From sequence record PV287714.1: a stretch of DNA of 64,000 nt; one strand, written 5' to 3'. The translations under genes were made by a program, and so were the position numbers. Source of the DNA: Escherichia phage HMD-9. The stretch's first letter is position 1, and each line of letters opens with the position of its first letter. Under the pieces are notes generated by a model that was given only the letters and a program-made list of their open reading frames with translations, did no database searches and had not been told where the DNA came from. This document shows, one piece after another, positions 1 through 12,471 of the stretch.

Positions 1-2
1 AT

Positions 3-392
<390 letters not shown>

Positions 393-420
393 TATTAAAG
401 CATATTAAAGAGGATTAAAA

Positions 421-2400
421 ATGACTTTATTATCTCCGGGCATTGAGCTCAAAGAAACCACGGTTCAAAGCACCGTGGTTAATAACTCTACTGGTACAGC
501 CGCTCTGGCCGGTAAATTCCAGTGGGGTCCTGCTTTTCAAATTAAACAGGTTACAAATGAAGTAGATTTAGTTAATACTTTTGGTCAACCTACAGCTGAA
601 ACTGCTGACTATTTTATGTCTGCAATGAATTTCTTGCAATACGGAAATGATTTGCGAGTTGTGCGTGCTGTCGATAGAGATACCGCTAAAAACTCATCTC
701 CAATTGCTGGTAATATTGAATACACTATTTCTACCCCAGGTAGTAACTACGCGGTTGGAGATAAAATCACGGTCAAATATGTTTCAGATGCTATTGAAAC
801 TGAAGGTAAAATTACTGAAGTAGACACAGATGGAAAAATTAAGAAAATTAATATTCCTACTGCAAAAATTATCGCTAAAGCTAAAGAAGTCGGTGAATAT
901 CCAGAATTAGGTTCTAACTGGACCGCGGAAATTTCTTCATCTTCCTCTGGTTTAGCTGCAGTAATAACTCTTGGAAAAATTATTACTGATTCTGGTATTT
1001 TATTAGCTGAAATTGAAAATGCTGAAGCTGCTATGACAGAGGTTGGCTTTCAAGCAAATCTCGAAAAATATGGAATTCCAGGAGTAGTAGCTCTTTATCC
1101 AGGCGAATTAGGCGATAAAATTGAAATTGAAATCGTATCTAAAGCTGACTACGCAAAAGGGGCTTCTGCATTACTGCCAATTTATCCAGGCGGTGGTACT
1201 CGTGCATCTACTGCTAAAGCTGTGTTTGGATATGGACCACAAACTGATTCACAGTACGCTATTATAGTTCGTCGCAATGATGCTATTGTTCAAAGCGTTG
1301 TTCTTTCAACTAAGCGTGGTGAAAAAGATATTTACGATAGTAACATCTATATCGATGACTTTTTCGCAAAAGGTGGTTCAGAATATATTTTCGCAACTGC
1401 ACAAAACTGGCCAGAAGGTTTCTCTGGAATTTTAACTTTGTCTGGCGGATTATCATCAAATGCTGAAGTAACAGCAGGAGATTTGATGGAAGCTTGGGAC
1501 TTCTTTGCTGACCGCGAATCTGTTGATGTTCAGTTGTTTATTGCGGGTTCTTGCGCCGGCGAATCTTTAGAAACAGCATCTACTGTCCAAAAACACGTCG
1601 TTTCAATTGGTGATGCTCGCCAAGATTGCTTAGTATTGTGCTCACCGCCGCGCGAAACTGTAGTTGGAATTCCTGTAACTCGTGCTGTCGATAACTTAGT
1701 CAATTGGAGAACTGCGACAGGTTCATATACTGATAATAACTTTAATATCAGTTCAACCTACGCAGCAATTGATGGTAACTACAAGTATCAGTATGACAAA
1801 TATAATGATGTGAATCGTTGGGTTCCATTAGCAGCTGATATTGCTGGTTTATGCGCGAGAACAGATAACGTTTCTCAGACTTGGATGTCTCCGGCTGGTT
1901 ATAATCGTGGCCAGATTCTTAATGTTATTAAACTTGCTATTGAAACTCGCCAGGCTCAGCGCGACCGTTTATACCAAGAAGCTATCAACCCGGTAACCGG
2001 TACAGGTGGTGATGGTTACGTATTGTATGGTGATAAAACAGCTACTTCTGTTCCTTCTCCATTTGATCGTATTAACGTTCGTCGTCTGTTTAATATGTTG
2101 AAAACGAATATCGGACGTAGTTCAAAATATCGTTTGTTCGAATTAAACAACGCGTTTACCCGTTCATCATTCCGCACAGAAACTGCCCAGTACTTACAGG
2201 GAATTAAAGCTCTCGGTGGAATTTATGAATATCGTGTAGTTTGCGATACAACAAATAACACTCCGTCAGTAATTGATAGAAATGAGTTTGTTGCAACATT
2301 CTACATCCAACCGGCTAGAAGCATTAACTACATTACCTTGAACTTCGTAGCAACTGCTACTGGTGCAGATTTCGATGAGTTAACTGGTCTTGCAGGTTAA
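421..2400 (+). CDS. 18: contractile tail sheath protein
   Basis: 659-aa ORF, ATG preceded by GAGGA; length and position match T4 gp18 as recalled. Confidence 0.93.
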   Translation: MTLLSPGIELKETTVQSTVVNNSTGTAALAGKFQWGPAFQIKQVTNEVDLVNTFGQPTAETADYFMSAMNFLQYGNDLRVVRAVDRDTAKNSSPIAGNIEYTISTPGSNYAVGDKITVKYVSDAIETEGKITEVDTDGKIKKINIPTAKIIAKAKEVGEYPELGSNWTAEISSSSSGLAAVITLGKIITDSGILLAEIENAEAAMTEVGFQANLEKYGIPGVVALYPGELGDKIEIEIVSKADYAKGASALLPIYPGGGTRASTAKAVFGYGPQTDSQYAIIVRRNDAIVQSVVLSTKRGEKDIYDSNIYIDDFFAKGGSEYIFATAQNWPEGFSGILTLSGGLSSNAEVTAGDLMEAWDFFADRESVDVQLFIAGSCAGESLETASTVQKHVVSIGDARQDCLVLCSPPRETVVGIPVTRAVDNLVNWRTATGSYTDNNFNISSTYAAIDGNYKYQYDKYNDVNRWVPLAADIAGLCARTDNVSQTWMSPAGYNRGQILNVIKLAIETRQAQRDRLYQEAINPVTGTGGDGYVLYGDKTATSVPSPFDRINVRRLFNMLKTNIGRSSKYRLFELNNAFTRSSFRTETAQYLQGIKALGGIYEYRVVCDTTNNTPSVIDRNEFVATFYIQPARSINYITLNFVATATGADFDELTGLAG

Positions 2401-2435
2401 TACAGTGCATTCTAAAGGCCTGTTTCGACAGGCCA

Positions 2436-2443
2436 TATAAATA
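2436..2443 (+). promoter_or_regulatory. late promoter TATAAATA (gene 19, distal copy)
   Basis: Exact TATAAATA in 18-19 intergenic region, just after a GGCCTG/CAGGCC hairpin. Confidence 0.55.
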
Positions 2444-2496
2444 CACTATATCCTTAATTCTTTAATTCTATATGCCCTAGGTTAAACATAGGGATA

Positions 2497-2504
2497 TATA
2501 AATA
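2497..2504 (+). promoter_or_regulatory. late promoter TATAAATA (gene 19, proximal copy)
   Basis: Exact TATAAATA 15 nt upstream of gene 19 ATG. Confidence 0.65.
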
Positions 2505-2518
2505 CTACAGAGGCTAAT

Positions 2519-3010
2519 ATGTTTGTAGATGATGTAACACGAGCGTTTGAATCTGGTGATTTTGCTCGACCTAACTTATTCCAAGTAGAAATTTCTTATC
2601 TTGGACAAAATTTTACGTTTCAATGTAAAGCCACTGCTTTACCAGCTGGTATTGTAGAAAAAATTCCAGTCGGATTCATGAACCGTAAAATTAACGTAGC
2701 AGGCGATCGTACATTCGATGACTGGACTGTTACAGTAATGAACGATGAGGCACATGATGCTCGCCAGAAGTTTGTTGATTGGCAAAGCATTGCTGCTGGG
2801 CAAGGGAACGAAATTACTGGTGGAAAACCAGCAGAGTATAAAAAGAGCGCTGTTGTTCGTCAATATGCTCGTGACGCTAAAACTGTAACAAAAGAAGTCG
2901 AAATTAAAGGCCTGTGGCCTACTAACGTGGGTGAACTTCAATTAGATTGGGATTCAAACAATGAAATCCAAACCTTTGAAGTAACTCTCGCTCTCGATTA
3001 TTGGGAATAA
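2519..3010 (+). CDS. 19: tail tube protein
   Basis: 163-aa ORF following sheath gene; size/position as T4 gp19. Confidence 0.92.
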   Translation: MFVDDVTRAFESGDFARPNLFQVEISYLGQNFTFQCKATALPAGIVEKIPVGFMNRKINVAGDRTFDDWTVTVMNDEAHDARQKFVDWQSIAAGQGNEITGGKPAEYKKSAVVRQYARDAKTVTKEVEIKGLWPTNVGELQLDWDSNNEIQTFEVTLALDYWE

Positions 3011-3042
3011 AATGAATGGGGAGAAATCCCCATCCTGCTTAA

Positions 3043-4667
<1,625 letters not shown>

Positions 4668-4668
<1 letters not shown>

Positions 4669-4865
4669 TGGAAGGTTTAATTGAAGCTATTAAATCAAAC
4701 GACCTCGTAGCCGCTCGTAAATTATTTGCTGAAGCCATGGCTACAAGAACGATTGATTTAATTAAAGAAGAAAAAATCGCTATCGCTCGTAATTTCTTAA
4801 TCGAAGGTGAAGAACCTGAAGACGACGAAGACGAGGATGATGACGAAGACGAGGATGATGAATAA
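4668..4865 (+). CDS. 67: prohead core protein with poly-acidic C-terminal tail
   Basis: 65-aa ORF overlapping gene 20 stop (TAATG); C-terminus [15 protein letters not shown]; position of T4 gene 67. Confidence 0.7.
4824..4859 (+). repeat. perfect tandem duplication of an 18-bp unit (gacgaagacgaggatgat x2) inside the gene 67 acidic tail
   Basis: Read directly: 4824-4841 equals 4842-4859. Confidence 0.85.
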
Positions 4866-5290
4866 TGCTTCTGATCCCTGAAACTCATGAATTAGTTCTC
4901 GAGCATGTCGAAGCACTTATTCCTGAAGCACAGGGTCGCTTTGACGAATTGTCTTCTGCTTTAAATAAAGACGATATAAATACAATTGTCGAGAATATGC
5001 TTGATGATGAAACTGATTTAGCAGTTGCATTAGCTTCTATTAATGAAAATATGCCGTTAAATGAATTCATTGTTAAGCATGTTTCAGCTCGTGGTGAAAT
5101 TACACGTACTAAAGACCGCAAAACACGCGAACGTAATGCATTTCAAACCACTGGGCTGTCTAAAGCAAAACGTAGACAAATTGCTCGCAAAGCTACCAAA
5201 ACGAAGATTGCCAATCCAGCAGGTCAATCTCGTGCTCAGCGTAAGCGTAAAAAAGCTCTTAAACGCCGTAAAGCATTAGGATTAAGCTAA
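4865..5290 (+). CDS. 68: prohead core protein
   Basis: 141-aa ORF, start overlaps gene 67 stop; size/position as T4 gp68. Confidence 0.75.
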   Translation: MLLIPETHELVLEHVEALIPEAQGRFDELSSALNKDDINTIVENMLDDETDLAVALASINENMPLNEFIVKHVSARGEITRTKDRKTRERNAFQTTGLSKAKRRQIARKATKTKIANPAGQSRAQRKRKKALKRRKALGLS

Positions 5291-5928
5291 TGAATGAACC
5301 CCAATTACTAATTGAAACTTGGGGTCAACCTGGCGAAATTATTGATGGTGTGCCAATGCTTGAATCCCACGATGGAAAAGACTTAGGTTTAAAGCCGGGT
5401 TTATACATCGAAGGAATATTCATGCAAGCAGAAGTCGTCAATAGAAATAAACGTCTTTATCCAAAACGCATATTAGAAAAAGCGGTAAAAGACTATATCA
5501 ATGAGCAAGTTTTAACTAAACAAGCTCTCGGAGAATTAAATCATCCTCCACGCGCTAATGTTGACCCGATGCAAGCCGCTATCATTATAGAAGATATGTG
5601 GTGGAAAGGAAATGACGTATACGGACGAGCTCGTGTTATTGAAGGTGACCACGGTCCTGGAGATAAATTAGCAGCTAATATTCGTGCCGGATGGATTCCA
5701 GGAGTTTCTTCTCGTGGATTAGGTTCATTGACTGACACAAATAAAGGTTATCGTATCGTAAACGAAGGATTCAAATTAACTGTAGGTGTTGATGCAGTAT
5801 GGGGTCCAAGTGCTCCAGATGCATGGGTAACTCCTAAGGAAATTACCGAATCACAGACGGCGGAAGCCGATACAAGTGCCGATGACGCCTATATGGCTCT
5901 CGCAGAGGCCATGAAAAAAGCGTTATAA
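5290..5928 (+). CDS. 21: prohead core protease
   Basis: 212-aa ORF; size/position as T4 gp21. Confidence 0.9.
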   Translation: MNEPQLLIETWGQPGEIIDGVPMLESHDGKDLGLKPGLYIEGIFMQAEVVNRNKRLYPKRILEKAVKDYINEQVLTKQALGELNHPPRANVDPMQAAIIIEDMWWKGNDVYGRARVIEGDHGPGDKLAANIRAGWIPGVSSRGLGSLTDTNKGYRIVNEGFKLTVGVDAVWGPSAPDAWVTPKEITESQTAEADTSADDAYMALAEAMKKAL

Positions 5929-5931
5929 ATA
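5924..5931 (+). promoter_or_regulatory. late promoter TATAAATA (gene 22)
   Basis: Exact TATAAATA overlapping gene 21 stop, 28 nt before gene 22 ATG. Confidence 0.65.
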
Positions 5932-5958
5932 TTATTATCTAAACAATAGGACTACAAA

Positions 5959-6768
5959 ATGCTTAAAGAACAACTGATTGCTGAAGCGCAAAAAATTGAT
6001 GCTTCCGTTGCTCTTGATAGTATTTTCGAATCAGTTAGTATTTCTCCGGAAGCAAAAGAAACTTTCGGCACTGTATTCGAAGCTACCGTCAAGCAGCACG
6101 CCGTTAAATTAGCTGAATCCCATATCGCTAAAATTGCTGAAAAAGCAGAAGAAGAAGTAGAAAAAAATAAAGAAGAAGCCGAAGAAAAAGCTGAGAAGAA
6201 AATCGCTGAGCAAGCTTCTAAATTCATTGACCATCTTGCGAAAGAATGGCTCGCTGAAAATAAATTAGCAGTTGATAAAGGCATCAAAGCCGAATTGTTT
6301 GAATCCATGCTTGGTGGATTAAAAGAGCTCTTTGTTGAACACAACGTTGTTGTTCCAGAAGAATCAGTTGATATTGTAGCTGAAATGGAAGAAGAGCTGC
6401 AAGAACATAAAGAAGAATCAGCTCGTCTGTTCGAAGAACTCAATATGCGCGACGCATATATCAATTATGTGCAGCGTGAAGTGGCATTGAGCGAAAGTAC
6501 TAAAGATCTGACTGAGTCTCAAAAAGAAAAAGTCTCTGCTCTGGTCGAAGGTATGGATTATTCAGATGAATTCTCAAATAAATTGAGTGCCATCGTAGAA
6601 ATGGTGAAGAAGTCTAATAAAGATGAAAGCACTATTACTGAGGGTATAAATACTCCTGATACTGAAGCAGCCGGACTGAATTTCGTCACTGAAGCTGTAG
6701 AAGATAAAGCTGCACCTGGTGCAGAAGATATTGTAAGTGTATATGCGAAAGTCGCATCTCGTTTCTAA
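5959..6768 (+). CDS. 22: prohead core scaffold protein
   Basis: 269-aa acidic, coiled-coil-rich ORF; size/position as T4 gp22. Confidence 0.9.
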   Translation: MLKEQLIAEAQKIDASVALDSIFESVSISPEAKETFGTVFEATVKQHAVKLAESHIAKIAEKAEEEVEKNKEEAEEKAEKKIAEQASKFIDHLAKEWLAENKLAVDKGIKAELFESMLGGLKELFVEHNVVVPEESVDIVAEMEEELQEHKEESARLFEELNMRDAYINYVQREVALSESTKDLTESQKEKVSALVEGMDYSDEFSNKLSAIVEMVKKSNKDESTITEGINTPDTEAAGLNFVTEAVEDKAAPGAEDIVSVYAKVASRF

Positions 6769-6786
6769 TTTTAAAGGTTAACACAA

Positions 6787-8352
6787 ATGACTATCAAAAC
6801 TAAAGCTGAACTTTTGAACAAATGGAAGCCATTACTGGAAGGTGAAGGTTTACCGGAAATTGCTAATAGCAAACAAGCGATTATCGCTAAAATCTTTGAA
6901 AACCAGGAAAAAGATTTCCAGACAGCTCCAGAGTACAAAGACGAAAAAATCGCTCAGGCGTTCGGTTCTTTCTTAACAGAAGCTGAAATCGGTGGTGACC
7001 ACGGTTACAATGCTACTAACATCGCTGCAGGTCAGACTTCTGGCGCAGTAACTCAGATTGGCCCAGCTGTTATGGGTATGGTACGTCGTGCTATTCCTAA
7101 CCTGATTGCTTTCGACATTTGCGGTGTTCAGCCGATGAACAGCCCGACTGGCCAGGTATTCGCACTGCGCGCAGTATACGGTAAAGACCCGGTCGCTTCC
7201 GGTGCTAAAGAAGCATTCCACCCAATGTATGGTCCAGATGCAATGTTCTCTGGTCAGGGTGCTGCTAAGAAATTCGCTGCTTTGAAAGCAAGTGATACTC
7301 TTGAAGTTGGAACTATTTACACCCACTTCTTCCAGGACACTGGTACTGTGTATCTGCAAGCTACAGAAGTTAAGCAAATTGATACTAGTGCAACTGACGC
7401 AGCTAAATTAGATGCTGAAATTAAGAAACAAATGGAAGCTGGTGTACTGGTAGAAATCGCTGAAGGTATGGCTACTTCTGTCGCTGAACTTCAGGAAAGT
7501 TTCAACGGTTCTACCGATAACCCATGGAATGAAATGGGCTTCCGTATCGATAAACAAGTTATCGAAGCTAAATCTCGCCAGCTGAAAGCTGCTTACTCTA
7601 TCGAATTAGCACAAGACCTCCGCGCTGTTCACGGTATGGATGCTGATGCTGAACTGTCTGGTATTCTGGCTACAGAAATCATGCTGGAAATTAACCGTGA
7701 AGTTGTTGATTGGATTAACTACTCAGCTCAGGTTGGTAAATCTGGTATGACCCTGACTCCGGGTTCTAAAGCTGGTGTATTTGACTTCCAGGATCCGATT
7801 GATATTCGTGGTGCTCGCTGGGCGGGTGAATCCTTTAAAGCTCTGTTGTTCCAGATTGACAAAGAAGCAGTTGAAATTGCTCGTCAGACTGGTCGTGGTG
7901 AAGGTAACTTCATTATCGCTTCCCGTAACGTAGTTAACGTTCTGGCTTCAGTTGATACCGGCATTTCTTATGCTGCACAGGGTCTGGCTACCGGCTTTAA
8001 CACTGATACTACCAAGTCAGTATTTGCTGGTGTTCTGGGTGGTAAATACCGTGTATATATCGACCAGTATGCTAAACAGGATTATTTCACTGTAGGTTAT
8101 AAAGGTCCGAACGAAATGGATGCTGGTATTTACTATGCTCCATATGTAGCTCTGACTCCGCTGCGTGGTTCCGATCCGAAGAACTTCCAACCAGTAATGG
8201 GATTCAAAACTCGTTACGGTATCGGTATCAACCCATTTGCAGAATCCGCTGCTCAGGCTCCGGCTTCTCGCATCCAGAGCGGTATGCCTTCTATTCTGAA
8301 TAGCCTTGGTAAAAACGCTTACTTCCGCCGTGTATATGTTAAAGGTATCTAA
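6787..8352 (+). CDS. 23: major capsid protein
   Basis: 521-aa ORF; length and position as T4 gp23. Confidence 0.96.
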   Translation: MTIKTKAELLNKWKPLLEGEGLPEIANSKQAIIAKIFENQEKDFQTAPEYKDEKIAQAFGSFLTEAEIGGDHGYNATNIAAGQTSGAVTQIGPAVMGMVRRAIPNLIAFDICGVQPMNSPTGQVFALRAVYGKDPVASGAKEAFHPMYGPDAMFSGQGAAKKFAALKASDTLEVGTIYTHFFQDTGTVYLQATEVKQIDTSATDAAKLDAEIKKQMEAGVLVEIAEGMATSVAELQESFNGSTDNPWNEMGFRIDKQVIEAKSRQLKAAYSIELAQDLRAVHGMDADAELSGILATEIMLEINREVVDWINYSAQVGKSGMTLTPGSKAGVFDFQDPIDIRGARWAGESFKALLFQIDKEAVEIARQTGRGEGNFIIASRNVVNVLASVDTGISYAAQGLATGFNTDTTKSVFAGVLGGKYRVYIDQYAKQDYFTVGYKGPNEMDAGIYYAPYVALTPLRGSDPKNFQPVMGFKTRYGIGINPFAESAAQAPASRIQSGMPSILNSLGKNAYFRRVYVKGI

Positions 8353-8367
8353 TCTTTGACGATTTAA

Positions 8368-8395
8368 GGGACCTTCGGGTCCCTTTAGTTGTTTT
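8368..8395 (+). terminator. rho-independent terminator after gene 23
   Basis: GGGACC-TTCG-GGTCCC hairpin followed by T-rich tract. Confidence 0.7.
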
Positions 8396-8400
8396 TATGG

Positions 8401-8408
8401 TATAAATA
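8401..8408 (+). promoter_or_regulatory. late promoter TATAAATA (gene 24)
   Basis: Exact TATAAATA 27 nt upstream of gene 24 ATG. Confidence 0.65.
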
Positions 8409-8435
8409 AATCATATAAACTGAAAGGAAAGCGCA

Positions 8436-9719
8436 ATGGCTAAAATCAACGAACTTTTGCGCGAATCAACCACAACGAATAGCAACTCAATCGGTCGCCC
8501 AAATCTCGTTGCTTTGACTCGCGCTACCACTAAATTAATATATTCTGACATTGTAGCAACGCAAAGAACTAATCAACCTGTTGCTGCTTTTTATGGTATC
8601 AAATACCTTAACCCAGATAATGAATTTACATTTAAAACTGGTGCTACTTACGCTGGCGAAGCTGGGTACGTAGATCGAGAACAAATCACAGAATTAACAG
8701 AAGAGTCTAAATTAACTCTCAATAAAGGCGATTTATTCAAATATAATAATATCGTTTATAAAGTATTAGAAGATACACCATTTGCTACCATTGAAGAAAG
8801 CGATTTAGAATTAGCTCTTCAGATTGCAATTGTTCTTTTAAAGGTTCGTCTATTTTCTGATGCTGCAGTAACAAGCAAATTTGAAAACTCTGATAGCGAA
8901 ATTGCGGATGCTAGATTCCAGATTAATAAATGGCAAACCGCAGTTAAATCTCGTAAACTTAAAACTGGCATTACGGTTGAATTAGCACAAGATTTAGAAG
9001 CAAATGGATTCGATGCTCCTAATTTCTTAGAAGATTTGCTTGCAACTGAAATGGCGGATGAAATCAATAAAGATATTCTGCAGTCTTTGATTACAGTGTC
9101 AAAACGCTATAAAGTTACAGGAATTACTGATACTGGATTCATCGATTTGAGTTATGCATCTGCTCCTGAAGCTGGTCGTTCATTATACCGAATGGTATGT
9201 GAAATGGTTTCGCATATCCAAAAAGAATCAACTTATACAGCAACGTTCTGTGTTGCTTCTGCTCGTGCCGCTGCGATTCTTGCTGCATCAGGTTGGTTAA
9301 AACATAAACCAGAAGATGACAAATATCTTTCACAAAATGCCTACGGGTTATTAGCTAATGGTTTACCGCTTTATTGCGATACCAACAGCCCATTAGATTA
9401 TGTAATCGTTGGCGTAGTAGAAAATATCGGTGAAAAAGAAATTGTTGGATCAATTTTCTATGCTCCGTATACAGAAGGTCTTGACTTAGATGACCCTGAA
9501 CATGTAGGTGCATTTAAAGTTGTAGTTGATCCAGAAAGCTTACAACCATCTATCGGTTTATTGGTTAGATATGCTTTATCTGCAAATCCTTACACTGTAG
9601 CAAAAGATGAAAAAGAAGCAAGAGTAATTGATGGTGGAGACATGGATAAAATGGCGGGTCGTTCAGATTTGTCTGTTTTATTAGGTGTTAAACTACCAAA
9701 AATTATCGTTGATGAATAA
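8436..9719 (+). CDS. 24: capsid vertex protein
   Basis: 427-aa ORF; size/position as T4 gp24. Confidence 0.93.
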   Translation: MAKINELLRESTTTNSNSIGRPNLVALTRATTKLIYSDIVATQRTNQPVAAFYGIKYLNPDNEFTFKTGATYAGEAGYVDREQITELTEESKLTLNKGDLFKYNNIVYKVLEDTPFATIEESDLELALQIAIVLLKVRLFSDAAVTSKFENSDSEIADARFQINKWQTAVKSRKLKTGITVELAQDLEANGFDAPNFLEDLLATEMADEINKDILQSLITVSKRYKVTGITDTGFIDLSYASAPEAGRSLYRMVCEMVSHIQKESTYTATFCVASARAAAILAASGWLKHKPEDDKYLSQNAYGLLANGLPLYCDTNSPLDYVIVGVVENIGEKEIVGSIFYAPYTEGLDLDDPEHVGAFKVVVDPESLQPSIGLLVRYALSANPYTVAKDEKEARVIDGGDMDKMAGRSDLSVLLGVKLPKIIVDE

Positions 9720-9725
9720 AACAAA

Positions 9726-9750
9726 GGGACCAAAAGGTCCCTTTTTATTT
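9726..9750. terminator. bidirectional terminator between gene 24 and rnlB
   Basis: GGGACC-AAAA-GGTCCC hairpin with T-rich flanks on both strands. Confidence 0.65.
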
Positions 9751-10753
9751 AACTTACCAATTCAATCCAAGTCGGACGAAGTACATCTTGTACCATTTTA
9801 ACTAATTCCTTTTTAATCAAAGAAGGATTATCCGCTTGAGTTAGAGTAATACCTTCACGAGAAGTTTCTTCCAAAATATCTTGAACAGTTAGCCCCATCA
9901 CCTTTCCAAAATCTTTTGGACCAATTTCGCCAATTTTAGAAATAACATTATTTACTCGGTTCAGTGTAACGTAGCAAGCTAAAATTCCCAGCAATTTATT
10001 ATCAGCTTCTGACAACTCAACTTTAGCTTTAATAGGCTTATCAGACTTTTTCTTTTCGCTAAATTTAGAGTTCTTGCATTTAATAGCGACACGATTGCCA
10101 TTAGGCATCCAAGAAGGATAACAAGGTTTCAATACATATCCTTCAGCAGTAAATACTTCGCCTTTTGCTTCGGCATTCCAAACGCATTTATTTGCATCAA
10201 CTAATCCAGCATGGTCTACTGTAAAATTATAATCCTGGACGACAGAATCTAAATCATTTGGCAATTTAATAAGTTCTTCAAATTTACCGCGACCTAAAAG
10301 TGGAGCCATTTTAAATTTAAATGTATTACAGAATGATTCCATCATATAATCATCGACATAAGTCACATCACCACTTTCCGTAGTAACAATAATGTCAAAT
10401 ACATAAAAATCTTTATCGCCATAATCGACATTCTTCTGAATGCCAGGTCCAGCGAATTCGCCAAAAACTTGATAAGATACAACTGCTGAAGTTTCCATAA
10501 TATCTTGCACTGCTTTAATGGAATCAGCGTAATTCTTTAAAATAATTTCATACCCAAAGAAATCTTCAGCAGGAAGAATCGGTCCAGTACGTTTAGCACA
10601 AGTTGCTTTATCGCGTTCAATAATCAGTGAGAAATTTGTGCCATGAATCTTTTCACGAGCTACCCATTCGCCGCCAGTCAATCCTAAACTGTAAAGTTTT
10701 TCAATGAATTTAGAATTGTAATGATTTTCAAGACTGCTATACTTTTTAAACAT
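9749..10753 (-). CDS. rnlB: RNA ligase 2
   Basis: 334-aa ORF with nucleotidyltransferase KxHG motif (EKIHGTN); size/position as T4 Rnl2. Confidence 0.85.
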   Translation of the reverse strand: MFKKYSSLENHYNSKFIEKLYSLGLTGGEWVAREKIHGTNFSLIIERDKATCAKRTGPILPAEDFFGYEIILKNYADSIKAVQDIMETSAVVSYQVFGEFAGPGIQKNVDYGDKDFYVFDIIVTTESGDVTYVDDYMMESFCNTFKFKMAPLLGRGKFEELIKLPNDLDSVVQDYNFTVDHAGLVDANKCVWNAEAKGEVFTAEGYVLKPCYPSWMPNGNRVAIKCKNSKFSEKKKSDKPIKAKVELSEADNKLLGILACYVTLNRVNNVISKIGEIGPKDFGKVMGLTVQDILEETSREGITLTQADNPSLIKKELVKMVQDVLRPTWIELVS

Positions 10754-10762
10754 AATTAATCC

Positions 10763-11041
10763 TCAAAATGTAATTTCTAACCAATCACCATCACGCTGAT
10801 CACTATTGACTTTAAAGCTAAATCCTTCTTTTCTCAGCCAATCACCAATTTCTTCAGTAATCAATTTATCGCGAGCGATACAATAATAACTAAAATATGT
10901 TTTACCTTGTTCAGCTGCTTTATTGGCAAGTTCCGAAAAATCTTTAATAAAACACTCTAGCTTAAACTGTTTACTTTTTAATGCTTTTTCGCGTAGTTGA
11001 TTAGCAAAAGATTCATTTTCATAAAGATCATACTGTTCCAT
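10763..11041 (-). CDS. hypothetical small protein (position of T4 24.2)
   Basis: 92-aa ORF with ATG and AGGTG RBS. Confidence 0.55.
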   Translation of the reverse strand: MEQYDLYENESFANQLREKALKSKQFKLECFIKDFSELANKAAEQGKTYFSYYCIARDKLITEEIGDWLRKEGFSFKVNSDQRDGDWLEITF

Positions 11042-11231
11042 TTTTCACCTTTTTATTGATATGTCTTTTTCTATAGACAACTTTTTCTCGAGTTTCAAAT
11101 TTATTCTTAGCAGTCATAGCTCGAGCCCATAATACAGCCACTTCTTTTGCCTGTAAGTTTAATTCACGAGCAATTTCAATGAATGACTTTCCAGACTCAT
11201 GAAGAGTAAACACCACAACCTCAGTTCTCAT
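11028..11231 (-). CDS. hypothetical HTH-like small protein (position of T4 24.3)
   Basis: ORF-track start is TTG; first ATG gives 67 aa; helix-turn-helix-like segment SFIEIARELNLQAKEVAVLWARA. Confidence 0.5.
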   Translation of the reverse strand: MRTEVVVFTLHESGKSFIEIARELNLQAKEVAVLWARAMTAKNKFETREKVVYRKRHINKKVKNGTV

Positions 11232-11302
11232 AATCAATCCCGTATTATTTGGTTTGTGCCATTATATACATCAATCTCAAGATGTGTTTTGTATGCTTTA
11301 AA

Positions 11303-11330
11303 ACGAAGAAAGGGGCCGAAGCCCCTTACG
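11303..11330 (-). terminator. terminator after hoc
   Basis: GGGGCTTCGGCCCC hairpin followed on minus strand by TTTCTTCGTTTT. Confidence 0.6.
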
Positions 11331-11331
11331 A

Positions 11332-12462
11332 TTATGGATAAGTATAGATGATACCAGTTTCTAAAGCAGTTTTATGAATGATGTATCCATTACGTGATTC
11401 TTGAACATCAACTTCTGGATAATCTTGAATCATCTTCTGAAGAGTGTAACGATGCAGGTAATATTTACTATCTGGGTCGTCAGTTTTCCAATCTTTACCT
11501 TCTTCGGTCATTTTTTGGATTTCATCCATAACCCACCAACCGCACCAGATGTAAGCTGAAGTACGATGTGGAAGAGGATGAACATAAGGTAATTCACCTT
11601 CTGGTTCTGGAGCAACTTTATCAGTTACCTGAACTTGACCTGTTGCTGTAATAGTTTTGCTATCATAATCAGCAGCAGTAACAGTTGCAGTAACTTCAAT
11701 AGTTTGACTTCCAACAGATGAAGTATCAACTGTATATACATTAGTTGACTCTTCTACAGTAGAAGAATCTTTCTTCCACGAGTAAGTAATTTGTGCTTCT
11801 TCTGGAGCATCAGTAACATTAGCAGTAAATGTAGCCGAAGCATCTTGTTGAACGTTAATAGAAGGAGGAGTCAATGTAACCTGTGGATTCATTGTCTTCT
11901 TATTAACCGTTAATGACACTTCATTAGAAGTAACGCTTAGTGCATCATAATCTGTCGCGGTTACTTGAGCTACACACTTGATTTTTTTAACTCCGCTTGT
12001 GGTAGGAGTGTAATTGAATGTAGCGCTAGTTGCTTCGTCCACAGGAGAATCATCTACATACCACTGATACGTAGCAGATGCTCCATCAGGTTGAGAAGCT
12101 AAGGCAGCAGTAAATTGAACTGGGGTTCCGATTACTCCAGCGTCAGGGTTATCAGGAGTTACAGCCAATGTAGTTGACTGAGTTTTATTTTTAACTGTGA
12201 TAGTTGTTGTCGCTTCAGCCGTTTCCGGGCCTCCTTCAGAAAGTGTATTTGTTGCAACAACTTTAATTGTTTTTGTTCCAGCAGGTCCTTTTAGTACATA
12301 ACTAAAAGTTGCTTCAGCCCCATCTTGTAGAACATCATCTACGCTCCAAGCATATGTAATAGTTCCACCTTCAGTTTGACCACTGGGTGCAGCAGTAAAC
12401 TGCTCGGTTTCATCAATAACCCCCGTTGGTGTTTTAGGAGTTATATCAACTGTAAAAGTCAT
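11332..12462 (-). CDS. hoc: head outer capsid protein Hoc (Ig-like repeats)
   Basis: 376-aa ORF with repeated ~90-aa Thr/Val-rich segments; size/position as T4 Hoc. Confidence 0.85.
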   Translation of the reverse strand: MTFTVDITPKTPTGVIDETEQFTAAPSGQTEGGTITYAWSVDDVLQDGAEATFSYVLKGPAGTKTIKVVATNTLSEGGPETAEATTTITVKNKTQSTTLAVTPDNPDAGVIGTPVQFTAALASQPDGASATYQWYVDDSPVDEATSATFNYTPTTSGVKKIKCVAQVTATDYDALSVTSNEVSLTVNKKTMNPQVTLTPPSINVQQDASATFTANVTDAPEEAQITYSWKKDSSTVEESTNVYTVDTSSVGSQTIEVTATVTAADYDSKTITATGQVQVTDKVAPEPEGELPYVHPLPHRTSAYIWCGWWVMDEIQKMTEEGKDWKTDDPDSKYYLHRYTLQKMIQDYPEVDVQESRNGYIIHKTALETGIIYTYP

Positions 12463-12471
12463 AAGTTATCC

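Noticed and set aside
2639-2941. 100-aa minus-strand ORF inside gene 19
   Set aside because: Antisense to a well-supported structural gene, with no RBS or promoter context; treated as a chance ORF.
5952-6464. 170-aa Ser-rich minus-strand ORF
   Set aside because: Antisense to gene 22, low-complexity composition; artefact of the Glu/Ala/Lys-rich coding strand.
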